64,000 bases of DNA from NCBI GenBank assembly GCA_965202785.1, contig OZ241855.1, positions 1,184,001 through 1,248,000 of the forward strand, written 5' to 3'. The stretch is from Thermodesulfobacteriota bacterium (GTDB taxonomy: Bacteria > Desulfobacterota_D > UBA1144 > Nemesobacterales > Nemesobacteraceae). Of the stretch, positions 10,490 through 21,500 are shown piece by piece (positions within the stretch are counted from its first letter, which is position 1; every line of letters begins with the position of its first letter). The translations under genes and the position numbers were made by a program. Below the pieces are notes generated by a model. That model searched no databases. It worked only from the letters and a program-made list of their open reading frames with translations, and was not told the DNA's origin.

Positions 10490-11395
10490 TTACGTAGCGA
10501 TAATCGGCTCGATGAACTCAAGCATGGACCTGACGCATTCCTGTGGCTTTTCCAAAAGAAGAAAGTGGGTAGCGTCGGGCAGGAAGTCGTAATCTACGCT
10601 GGACATGTCACTCAGGTTGAGCGTCGGCAGGTATGAGTATGGCAGGGTCGGGTCAGCCCCGATGACCTTTGTCGGGGAGAGGAGAGACTGAAGGTCCACG
10701 AGTACGGCAAAGGTGCCGGCGTACTCTATCATCTGCGCCTGGTACTCAGGAGGACAGCAAAGTTCATACCCCTCTCCGTCCGCACGTTCACGCAGGGTTG
10801 TTCTTGCAAAAAGATCGAATACCCCCGGCACCACGTGCTGGAAGTCTGGAATGTAAGGAAGAATGTCCGCAAGTTCCTGCGTGGTTTGAAATCGATTCGC
10901 GCTTTGACGGATCCTTTTGGCCATACGTTTTGCGATATCTTCATAATCCTTAAAGCTCCGGCCGGGCTTGCAGAGAGGCGGGTCGAACAGAACCCGCGCC
11001 GCAAAGTCGCTGCCCTTTTTGGGTGATAGCAGAGTCGCCAGGGCTGAAACTGAGTGGAACACACCTATTCTGGGCTTTGCTCCGTAGTGGTGGTCGATAG
11101 CTTCAACAATGGTGTCGTTGTCCTGAACCAATGTTGGAAGACTATGGTTTTGAAGATCGCCTACCGGATTCCAGCCGTGGTTTCTGAGGTCGTAGATTAC
11201 TAGGTCGAAATCGTCGGTGAGAAGCGACCAGAACGGATAATACAGGTCGACTGCGAGGCCGTTGCCGTGGCTCATAACGAGTCGCGGCCCTGACGGGTTT
11301 CCATGTTGCCGTAGCGTAATGACGGTGTTGTCGTCCACGCGGACATCGTGAGTGGAAAGAGGCTCAGGCAACTCCCATACGATTTCTGAAGTCAC
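10490..11395 (-). CDS. Alpha/beta hydrolase; SupD-like
   Basis: HGNG oxyanion loop, YDLRNHG, nucleophile elbow FHSVS, C-terminal ATHFL His. Confidence 0.85.
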   Translation of the reverse strand: MTSEIVWELPEPLSTHDVRVDDNTVITLRQHGNPSGPRLVMSHGNGLAVDLYYPFWSLLTDDFDLVIYDLRNHGWNPVGDLQNHSLPTLVQDNDTIVEAIDHHYGAKPRIGVFHSVSALATLLSPKKGSDFAARVLFDPPLCKPGRSFKDYEDIAKRMAKRIRQSANRFQTTQELADILPYIPDFQHVVPGVFDLFARTTLRERADGEGYELCCPPEYQAQMIEYAGTFAVLVDLQSLLSPTKVIGADPTLPYSYLPTLNLSDMSSVDYDFLPDATHFLLLEKPQECVRSMLEFIEPIIAT

Positions 11396-12165
11396 TGGCG
11401 AACTCCTCGTTTTTCTGATACGTCACCGTTTTGCCGCTGTAATGACTGGTTGCTCAATTGGGACGGGACAAGCTCGTATGCAATGGCTGCTGAGAAATCC
11501 TCGTTGCCAATGTATTCGACGCGCCAGTGTACTTCCGGCAGCTGTGGGAAGCGAAATATGCCTATTCTCCCCTGATACAGGGCTGGCGGCACTTCAAACT
11601 GAGACACATCAAGGGTAAAACCTAGACCAAGAGCCTTGATTAGGGCTTCCTTGATGGTCCAGAACCTAAAGAATAACTGAATCCTGTCGCGTCCACGTAC
11701 GCATGCGAGGGCGGATTGTTCATGAGGACCAAACACGGCTCCGCTCAGTTCGTCAAAATCCTTTCGGGGGATACGTTCCTCTACATCCACGCCCAGCCGT
11801 CCATGGGGAACAAGAGCTATCAAACCATGCTTTCCGCTGTGACTGAGGTTGAAGCTGATGGCTGCCGGTGCTTCGTCTACCAGTACGAACAGCTTTCCAT
11901 AGTCAGATGAACTGAAGCTGAGGCGTTCATTGCTGCAGCCGAGTTGGCGACAGATGATAGCCCGAAGCGCAGCACGACACAGAGCAAATCTGCGACGAGA
12001 ACCTGAGAGCGGATATTGGCGACGGCGCACCTGCTCTTCCTCGTTGAGCCACAATAAAGATGATGCCTCACAACTGGCGTTAGGCCTCAAATCTACATGC
12101 ATGACGGTAGCGGAACCGGCCTTACGGAAGGAACTCCACCAGCACCTTGCAGCAGAAGTGGACAT
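11392..12165 (-). CDS. Sfp-type 4'-phosphopantetheinyl transferase; SupC-like
   Basis: FNLSHSG, LGVDVE, WTIKEALIKALGLG. Confidence 0.92.
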   Translation of the reverse strand: MSTSAARCWWSSFRKAGSATVMHVDLRPNASCEASSLLWLNEEEQVRRRQYPLSGSRRRFALCRAALRAIICRQLGCSNERLSFSSSDYGKLFVLVDEAPAAISFNLSHSGKHGLIALVPHGRLGVDVEERIPRKDFDELSGAVFGPHEQSALACVRGRDRIQLFFRFWTIKEALIKALGLGFTLDVSQFEVPPALYQGRIGIFRFPQLPEVHWRVEYIGNEDFSAAIAYELVPSQLSNQSLQRQNGDVSEKRGVRQ

Positions 12166-12197
12166 CAGATGTTGGTTACCTCTACAGGCGTGAGGGG

Positions 12198-12443
12198 TTA
12201 AGAACTGTTGGCGTCCAGGTACGCTATCAATTCTCCAATATTCCCTATCTCCCCGACCTGTTCGGGAAGGAGGGAGACATTGAACTCCTGTTCGAGTACT
12301 TTGGCGAATGCCACTGCGTCCATAGAGGAAACACCCAGGTCAGCAAGGCTCTTGCCCGGATCCAGCAAATTGCCTATCGGCTGTCCATCTACCTCCAGGT
12401 TTTCGTCCGCAAGCTGTCTTAGTCTCTCTTCAGTTGAAGCCAT
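12198..12443 (-). CDS. Stand-alone acyl carrier protein; SupB-like
   Basis: 81 aa acidic helical protein with LADLGVSSMDAV. Start set at ATG 12443, behind an AAGGAGG RBS. Confidence 0.85.
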   Translation of the reverse strand: MASTEERLRQLADENLEVDGQPIGNLLDPGKSLADLGVSSMDAVAFAKVLEQEFNVSLLPEQVGEIGNIGELIAYLDANSS

Positions 12444-12554
12444 AATATACAATCCTCCTTTTAGGAATTTAGAATAATACAGTGGAGTATACAATACGGT
12501 AGGTATTTAGGTCAATCGATTTTTCTGAAGTTTTTTCGTGACACGGCACCCCGA

Positions 12555-15500
12555 TTACACCCAGTGACGCCTGCGCTGGAACGGATAGCTCGGCAGCGAG
12601 ATGCGGCGGCGCGACTCCCCGGCGAACATGCCCTCAAAGGAAGGTGCCAATCCTGCCTCGTATGCCTCTGCAACCGCCTCCACAAAACCAGTACTGCTCT
12701 CATCTTCTTCCTCGTCGGATGGTCGCATCAGGCTCGCAAGCACGAGTGGTGAAGCGGTAGTTTCCTCTCCGTCCGACGAGTCTGGCCACTGGAGACTCAC
12801 CTGCGGCCCCAGTACCGCGCCGGGGCCAATTTCTACCACTGCACCCACTCCCAAGTCAGCAAGAGTGGAGATACCTGCGTCAAATGTCGCAGTCTCGCAC
12901 GCCTGCGTACGCCAGTACGCCCCGTCGAGTGGATTGTCCGAATCCATAACTAGCCCCGTAACGCCGCTCACCAGAGTCAGGGATGGAGGCGAGACCGCAC
13001 TCTCTGCGAATGCCGCTTCCAGACCTTTAAGAGATTGATCTGGGTCTACTCCCGGCAGCGCTGCCATCAACGTGCCACGAGTCAAGGCAAAGCGCAATCC
13101 GTCCTCTAAGGTGAAGACCCCCGCAGCCCGTGCCGCGGCGACCTCACCGGTGCCGTACCCCAGTGTGACGTTCGGTTGGATCCCAACACTTGCCCACAGT
13201 GCCGTCAGCGCGCACTCCAGTGCATAGAGAGCCGGCTGTGCCCAGGCTGCATCGTTCAAATCGCCCGTTGTTTCGGCGCGCTCGAACATCACATCGAGCA
13301 GCGATGCGCCTCTCTCTGTGCGCACCACGGTGTCACAGTAGTCCAAAACAGCACGCACGACTGGTTCGCTGTTGTACAGCGCCTCGCCCATACCAACCCA
13401 CTGGTTGCCCTCGCCTGTGTACACGAATGCTACCCTTGTTACAGGCTGCGGAGCTGGCTTATCAGGCGTAGCGTCGGTCTCCGCGAGTTTCGTCAGCCCT
13501 GCACGCAGAGACTGCGTATCTCCGAACACTACAGCGGCGCGATGATCAAAATGGCTACGTCCGACACTCGCCGTCCACGCTATGTCAGCAAGTGCAGGTG
13601 CTTCGGGGGAGGACTCAGCGATGTGCTTGTCGAGCCACGACAGGTACTGTCCTATCATGTTCCGCAGGGCACCTTCCGACTTGCCCGATAGCGGCAGGAG
13701 ACGCATTGTGCGCTCCGTTAATCCGTCCATGGCCAGCGGCAGATCCGCAATGGGCTCTGGCAGAGAAACGGGCACCTGCCGTGCGGCACCCCTAAACGAC
13801 TGCACTCCGGCACTTGCGCTGTCACCCTCTGTCGCGATTCCGTAGCCTTCCACCACCATATGCGCGTTTGTACCTGACATGCTGAACGCGCTTACTGCCG
13901 CGCGCGGCGGCTTGTCAGAATGGGCTGGCCAGACGGTCTTTTCAGAAGTCACCTGCACGGGCAGTCGGTCCCAGTCGATTTGTGGATTCGGTTCCTTGAA
14001 GTGCAGATGTTTCGGAATGACACCCTGCTTCATCGCCAGCACAGCCTTTATCAGACCTGCAACGCCCGCCGCCGTCTCCAGATGTCCGATATTTGACTTT
14101 ACGGTGCCTATCAGCAGCGGACGGTCAGCATCGCGCCCTCTTCCGTACACCGAGCCGACTGCGTGTACCTCAATCGCGTCGCCCAATTGGGAGCCTGCCG
14201 CGTGCGCTTCGAGATAGTCAACATCCGTCCCAGCGAGGCCCGCCTGAACAAGCGCCGCCTCCATAACACGCTCCTGTGCTGGGCCGTTCGGGACGGTCAA
14301 CCCCGTGCTTGTCCAGTTCTGGTTAATGGCAGAACCCTTGATGACGCCCCATATTCGGTCGCCGTCAACCTCCGCCTCGCTCAGCCGTTTCAGAAGGAGT
14401 ATTCCGCAGCCCTCGCCTCGTACATGGCCATCCGCAGACGCATCGAAGGGGCGAGACTGTCCACTCGGCGACAACATTCCCACATCCAGCATGAATTTGG
14501 AAATGTTGCGCGACAGCGCCGCATGTGCGCCTCCGGCGAGAGCTAGATCCACCTCGCCCCGCTGTAGCGCAGCAACGGCTTGATGTACCGCAGCCAATGC
14601 CGAGGCGCAGGCCATATCGATGGCCATTGCCGGGCCTTCCAGACCCAGTGCCGACGCGACCCTCCCGACGGTGATGCTGGCCGCCGTGCCGAGTTGACTG
14701 CCAGCCTTACCGCTGGCTTCAATCAAATGTCGGTATTCGCTGGCGGTGACTCCGGCATACACTCCGGTGCGACTGCCCCGTAGGCTGTCGGGAGCAATTC
14801 CGGCGTCTTCGACAGCTTCCCAACTCGTCTCCAACATCATTCTCTGTTGTGGGTCCATCATCCGCGCTTCTATCGGCGCAATGTGGAAGAAGCGTGAGTC
14901 AAACCACTCTATACCCTCGACAAACGCACCGCGCAGGTGGGCGGTGTTCTCGGAGTCTGGGTCTTCGGCAGCGTTCCCCTGCGAATCGCCAGCCTGGCGT
15001 CCGTCAGTCACTGCGTCAGTGCCCGATTCCATGAGGTGCCAGTATTCCGAAAGGTTTTTCGCACCTGGGAAGCGACACGCCATGCCGACTATCGCTATGT
15101 CGTCATCCTCAGTAGCGACGGACGGGCGCGGTGGGGGTGCGGCTGTCTCGGGCGTTGGAGCCGTCCCACTGTCCCCGCCCAGTTGACCGAGTTCACCCGC
15201 CAGATAGTGGGCTAAGGTAGTAATGTCGGGGTAGTCGAAGACGGCCGTGTTGGAGACGACATACTCGCCCGCGAATGCGCGGTTAAGCCGGTTTCTCAGT
15301 TCTACTGCCATCAATGAGTCCATCCCCAGATCGAAGAAGCCGATCGAGTTTGAAGGCGGGCTGGGCAGCCTCATCACTGCCTGGAGTTCCTTTTGCAGGA
15401 ACGACACCAGGATACTCTCCGACTCGGTTTGCGACGAGACGCGCAACTGAGACAACACGTCTTCCGAAGATTCCGACGTTTCGTCCATATCATCTGCGGA

Positions 15501-18500
15501 TGACAGCTCCTCCAGGAATGGCGGAAGATCATCGTGAGCCGTCGCGAAGGTCGGCCAGTCCACTGACGCGACCATACCGGCCGGAGCATCCTGTCGCATC
15601 AGCGTTTCAAGCGCTCTTAGCCCCTGCTGCGGCGTAATCCAGCCCGTGCCCGTCGCCTCCAGCTGGCTTTCGATGCGCTCTCGCTGCTCCTCTGCTTCGC
15701 CAAGCCCCGACCAGGCTCCCCACGCGATCGTCTGCCCGGGCAGTCCGAACGCGCGCCGATGGGCTGCGAGTTGATCCAGAAATGCGTTAGCCGCTGCATG
15801 GTTCGCCTGACCCGCGTTGCCCAGAACGCCCGCCACGCTGGAGAACAGAACGAACATATCCAAATCCCTGTGCATGGTCGCGCGGTGCAGATGCCATGCG
15901 CCAAGCATCTTTGGCCAGAGCACCTGCTGGAAACTGTCCCAACTCTGGTTCGCCAGTACGGCGTCCGACAGCACTCCCACGCTGTGTATAACACCAGCGA
16001 GAGGCGGTAGAGTCGCATTGATGCGCTCCAGCATCGCGTCCACCGCTGCCGTGTCCGTCACGTCCGCGATCTCCACCTGCACTGTCGCGCCGCGTCCGCG
16101 TAACGTGTCGATAGTTTCTATGGCCTCGGGATCGGGGTCGCGTCGGCCGTTCAGCACGATTGCGCCCGCGCCCCGGTCTGCCAGCCAGCTGGCCAGAGCA
16201 CAGCCAATACCGCCCAGTCCGCCGGTCACCAGGTAGGTTCTGTCCCCCCGCAGCCGTCCCGTCTCCAGCGGCGAATTTGTAAGAACGATCTTGCCGATGT
16301 GCCGCGCCGCGCGCATGAACTGCATCGCGGAGATGGCTTCCGCCATCGACCACCTGCTGTGGACAAGCGGCGTCAGTTCTCCTGCCTCAAACCGTTTCAT
16401 CACGGTCTTAAGAGCCGCTCCCGGCTGCTCCGGGTTCTGCTCTTTCAGGGTATCCTGTTCAAAGATGTGGTAGTCCACATCCGGGCGCGCGGCGGCCATT
16501 TCTTCCTCGGTGTAGATGTTCACTCCGGCCAACTCGATGAATCTGCCGCCATGCGCGAGGCAGGACAGGCTCGCCTCGATAAAGCCCTCTCCAGTCAGGC
16601 TGTTCAGCACCACATGAACACCTTCGTCGCCGGTGGCTTCGAGGATCTCCTGCCCGAACCGGGTCTGTCTGCTGTCGAAGACATGCTTCACGCCTAGCGA
16701 GCGTACATACTCCTGTTTCGACACGCTGGCCGTGGCGAACACTTCCGCGCCCGCGGCGTGCGCAAGCTGGATAGCTGCCGATCCTACGCCGCCGGCGCCC
16801 GCGTGAACAAGCACCCGCTCGCCCGCTTTCAATTTCGCCAGATCGTATGACAATGCGGCACAAACGAACACGGTCGGTATAGTGGCAAGCTGCGAAGTCG
16901 GGACACCCGGCGGCGCAAGCGCAACCATCTCCTCCCTCATGACCGCTTCTGAACCGAAAGTACCGAATGCCAGCGCAACTACGCGGTCACCAATCGACAC
17001 ACTCGTTACATCGGAACCGACTTCAAGAACATGTCCGCACGTCTCGCCACCCAAAACACCCTCATCGATAAGGCCAAGAGAACGGAACACATCCCAGAAG
17101 TTCAATCCGGAAGCCTCCACAGCCACGCGAACTTCTCTCGGTTCGAGTGAACGCTCCGGCGAGTCCAGCACCTGCAGTTCTTCAAGCGCACCGCCCGCGT
17201 CCGGCTCCAGGAACCAGCGCGACCCTTCCGGCAGGGTCAACTGCTCCGTATCAGCACCGGCACGAACGAGACGCGCAGCCCGACGGAATCCCAGACGGTA
17301 GGCGATGTGAGTCTCAGAGTCCGGGTACATCAGTTCATTGACGAGGTCAGATAGCGGCACAGTATTGGCGGGGTCAAGGTCGATCATCTTCGGTTGCAGA
17401 TGGGGCGCTTCCAGTGCCGCTACCTTGCCAAAGCCCCATAGCAGTGCGCCGGTCAGTTGTCCGAGATGCTCCCGCTCTAGGACCTGCCCGCCGCGCGTGA
17501 TAAACCACATGCCCTTTGCGGGCGCAGCATCGGCATCGCCCATCCCCTGCACGAGCGCCAGGGCGCTTGCGCCCACCTGCCTGATATCCTCGCCCAACTC
17601 TTCGGTGGTGGCGTCTGCGCCGCGACCGTCAAGCGCCGCGAGATGTACAATGCCGCTGAGCGGCACCTCCGCAGGCAGACCTTCGAGTAACGAGTGCCAC
17701 GATTCGCGGTTCTGCATCTCCACGGTCGCCTTGATCACTGCCCGATCTTTTTCTGATGATTCCCCGTCTGACTGAGCGCGGTCGCTCACCAGCACGACGG
17801 TCTGGTTGCGTGCTGCCAGTTCCGCTGCCAGCTCATCTGCCACACCGCATTGATCACCCGCGAGAACCCATATTCCTGCCGTCTCCTTCACCTCCGCAGG
17901 TCCTTGCGCCAGTATCACACCTTTCTCCGGTGTGCTGGTCGTGTCAGATTTGCTTCCTCCCAAGACCTCCACTTCACCGAAGCCCGCGTCGCCGAGCGCC
18001 TGTCGCCAGACCGCGGGGCCGATCATTGCGTGATGCGTACGGTAGTCGTCGGCAAAGCGCCACCAACCGTCCAACTGCCCAAAAGTCATGTCCTGCCAGT
18101 CCAGACCACAAAGGTTCTCAAGTGCCACCAACTGGCCCGATGGCGCGAGCAGCATGCGGCAGTGAGTCAGTGTCTCGTTCAGGTAGCGTGTGCCGTGCAG
18201 CACATTGGAGGCAATGACCAGGTCATAGCCATGAAGATCAAAGCCCTGCTCGATAGGGTCCTTTTCGATATCCAGGGCACGGTATTCGATTGACTCGTCG
18301 CTTCCGCCAAAACGCTTTTCTGCTTCTGAGAAGAAGCCGGCCGATATGTCAGTATATGTGTAATTATAGCGACCGGCCGGCAGCTCAGGCATCACCGCCG
18401 CCGTGCCCGCTCCCGTACCGGCGCCGACCTCCAGCACGCGCAGTCTTCGGTCTTTCGGCAGCGTGTCCAGGAGTGCCGCAACCGCATCCCCCAGCATTTG

Positions 18501-21500
18501 GTTCGCCATACGTCCAGCCGGCGATTTCAAGTACAGGTCGCCGGCGGTTGGCTCTCCGCTGCCGAACAGCAGCGTCAGCGGGTCCGCTCGACCAACGAGC
18601 GCATCAGCGAAAGCGGCAGCGCACCGCCTGAATAGTCCAATTTCGTTCGTACCGTGCCAGTATCGCGCACTCATCTGGTCTGCAAACTCATCGGGATTGT
18701 GCGGCATATGATCCGGCAGCGGGTCGTCCTGCCCAACCTTCACGACAAATCCATCGCCCGCTTCTTCCACCACCTTCGCTTTGACGAGCAGTTCAAACAT
18801 ACGGCGGAACATACGCTGGTGTTTTGGCGGGACATCCAGTCTTTCCCGCACGGCTTCCGGCTCGACGAATTCACCGACCTTGCGTTCCCACCCCAGTTGC
18901 TCCAGTGCCATGAGCGCATAGAGCCACGACAACCGCTCAAGGTCATTCAGCAACTCAACGCGCTCGTCGGCTTCTACGCTTTCACCTGCCAGATACTCGG
19001 TGAACGGTATCGAGCGGTCAGCAACGCCTGTCGGACTCGTAAGGAAATCGGCCGATAGCATCCCATCCGCAAGGGCGCGGTCGCGCCAGACGATTTCGTA
19101 TAGGAGGTCGTGCAGCTCTTCGGTCTCCGAGAGCAACGCCGCGCGAGTGGCGCGCTTCACAATGTATCCGCTCAATCCGCCGAGCTCGATGCCGTCCGGC
19201 GTGTAGAACAGGAGGTCGCCGCTCAGCACTTCCGATGTCTCGCTTTGCTCCTCGTCCCGCTCTTTGTCGCGGACGTTCTCGCGCAGACGGGCGTGACAGA
19301 TGAGGCGTTCCGGAAGCATCTCCCTCAGCCAAAAGCGCTCCCATCCGAAAGGCAGGTAGGTTATCTCGTCTTCGCCTCTGGCGGAATGCCACGCCGCCGA
19401 AAAGACTTGGAAACAACCGTCGAGCAGAATCGGATGCAGGTCGATGTCGCTGCTCGAAACGGCTTCCGGCAGGGCCACCTCGCCAACCGCCTCGCCATTC
19501 GCCGCACACAGGTCCTGAAGCGTGCGGAACGATGGTCCGAGGTGGATGCCGGCTTCTGCCCGCGTGCGATAGAACGCCGCCACATCCTGCGACTCCATAC
19601 CCGACTTCAATCCGTCCAAATCGACGCGGTTGACAGTCCCGCGCGTTCCGCCTCCAAGCGAAACCCCGCCCTCGGCATGAAGCGTCCAGCCATCTTCGGA
19701 CTCGCCCTTGCTGAATATCTCTATATGCCGTGTGTTCCCGTTCTCGGATGTGCTCAGCACGGCCTGGATTTTTCGCCCGGCTTGCGTGGTGTCGTCAGCG
19801 CTATCGTCCTCCGCAAAGACCAGTGCGCTGTGCAGTTGCATGTCCTCCACATCCACCGATTGCGCCCCTTCGGATAGGGCCGCCGTCGCTGCCATAACGC
19901 CATACAACGCGCCCGGCATTACTGCCCGCCCGAAGACGCGATGGTCGTTCAGCCAAGACGGGTCGGAAGGAAACATCTCCGTCTCGAGCATCACATCACC
20001 GCGTGGCGACTCGTGTCTTGTACCCAGCAGAGGATGCCCAGCGGCTGCGCGCCTACGTCTTGGTGCGTCAACCCAGTGCCGTGCACGCTGGAAGGGATAG
20101 CCCGGCAGCTCAATCCTGCGCCGCTCCTCCCCCGCGAACAGTCCGTCGAATGCAAGCGTCAGCCCCGCCTCGTATGCTCCCGCAACGGCGTCCATGAAGC
20201 CATTGTCATGGTCTTGCGGAAGGACATCGTCCTTTGATGGACGCAGCATACTCTCAAGGACGATGGGGTCTTTTGCCTCATCCGTCACGTCAGACCAGAC
20301 AAGAGACACCAATGGGCCGAGCACGGCGTGTGGACCCACCTCTATAACCAGGTCAGTGCCCAGTTCCGCCAGAGTTCCGACGCCTCTGCGAAACTGCACG
20401 GGCTCTCGCGCGTGACGGCGCCAGTGTTTGCCGTCAAGAATCTCGTCCGGCGCCACAACACTGCCCGTTACATTGCTCACCAGAGCCACGGACGGCGGCG
20501 AGGCTGCAACATCCTCCTGATATACTTCTTCTAATGCATCCAGTGCGGGTTCCACCAGAGCGCTGTGGAACGCCTGATTTCTGCTCAACGGCCTTACGGT
20601 AATCTCTTCGGCCTCGAAACGCTCCGATACCGCCTGAACTGCTGCTACGGGGCCGCTAATGACCTGATGAATGCCGTTGTCAACGGCGATGCTCAAGCCC
20701 GGGCTGTCGGATGACGCATTGTACTCATCAACCGCCGCCGCCACTTGATCCTCTGGAGCGAACACCGCCGCCATTGTGCCCAACTCAGGAACTGACGAAA
20801 GCAGGACGCCGCGTTTTGCAACGAATCTCAGACCCTCTTCCAACCCGAACACGCCGGCAGCCTGCGCCGCCGCGAATTCACCGAGGCTGTGTCCGATTAC
20901 CACGCTCGGTTCAACTCCGATACTGCGCCACAATGCGGTCAGAGCACACCCCAAGGCATAGACGGCGGGCTGCGCCCAAGCTGCATCATTCAAATCGCCC
21001 GTTGCTTCGCCGCGCCCGAACATCACATCCAGCAGCGAAGTGCCTCGCTCCTCCAATATAAGCCGCTCACACCTGTCGAGAACGGCACGCACTACTGGCT
21101 CCTGCTCGTACAGGGACTTGCCCATGCCTACCCACTGGCCGCCCTGTCCCGTGTACACGAAAGCCACTTTCGTGGTTGCTGCCGCCTCCGCACCCCGGTC
21201 ACCCTCCGCAACCACCTTCAGCCCGGCGCGCAGCGACTCAGCGTCCCTGAAAGCGACGCCCGCGCGGTGAGCGAATTGGCTGCGCCCGACGCCTGCCGTC
21301 CACGCCATGTCCGGTAGGAAAGGGGAGGCGGCCGAGTCCGTGGGTTCCAGGTCCACAGAGCGCTCGTCAAGCCACGCAAGGTAGTGTTCCGCCAGTTCCC
21401 GCAGGGCATTGTCCGTCTTGCCTGACAGAGGTAGCAGCCGCGTGGCACGCGTAGCGGGTGCTTCCGCCGCCCCCTCCGAGGCTGCCTTTGGCACAGAGAT

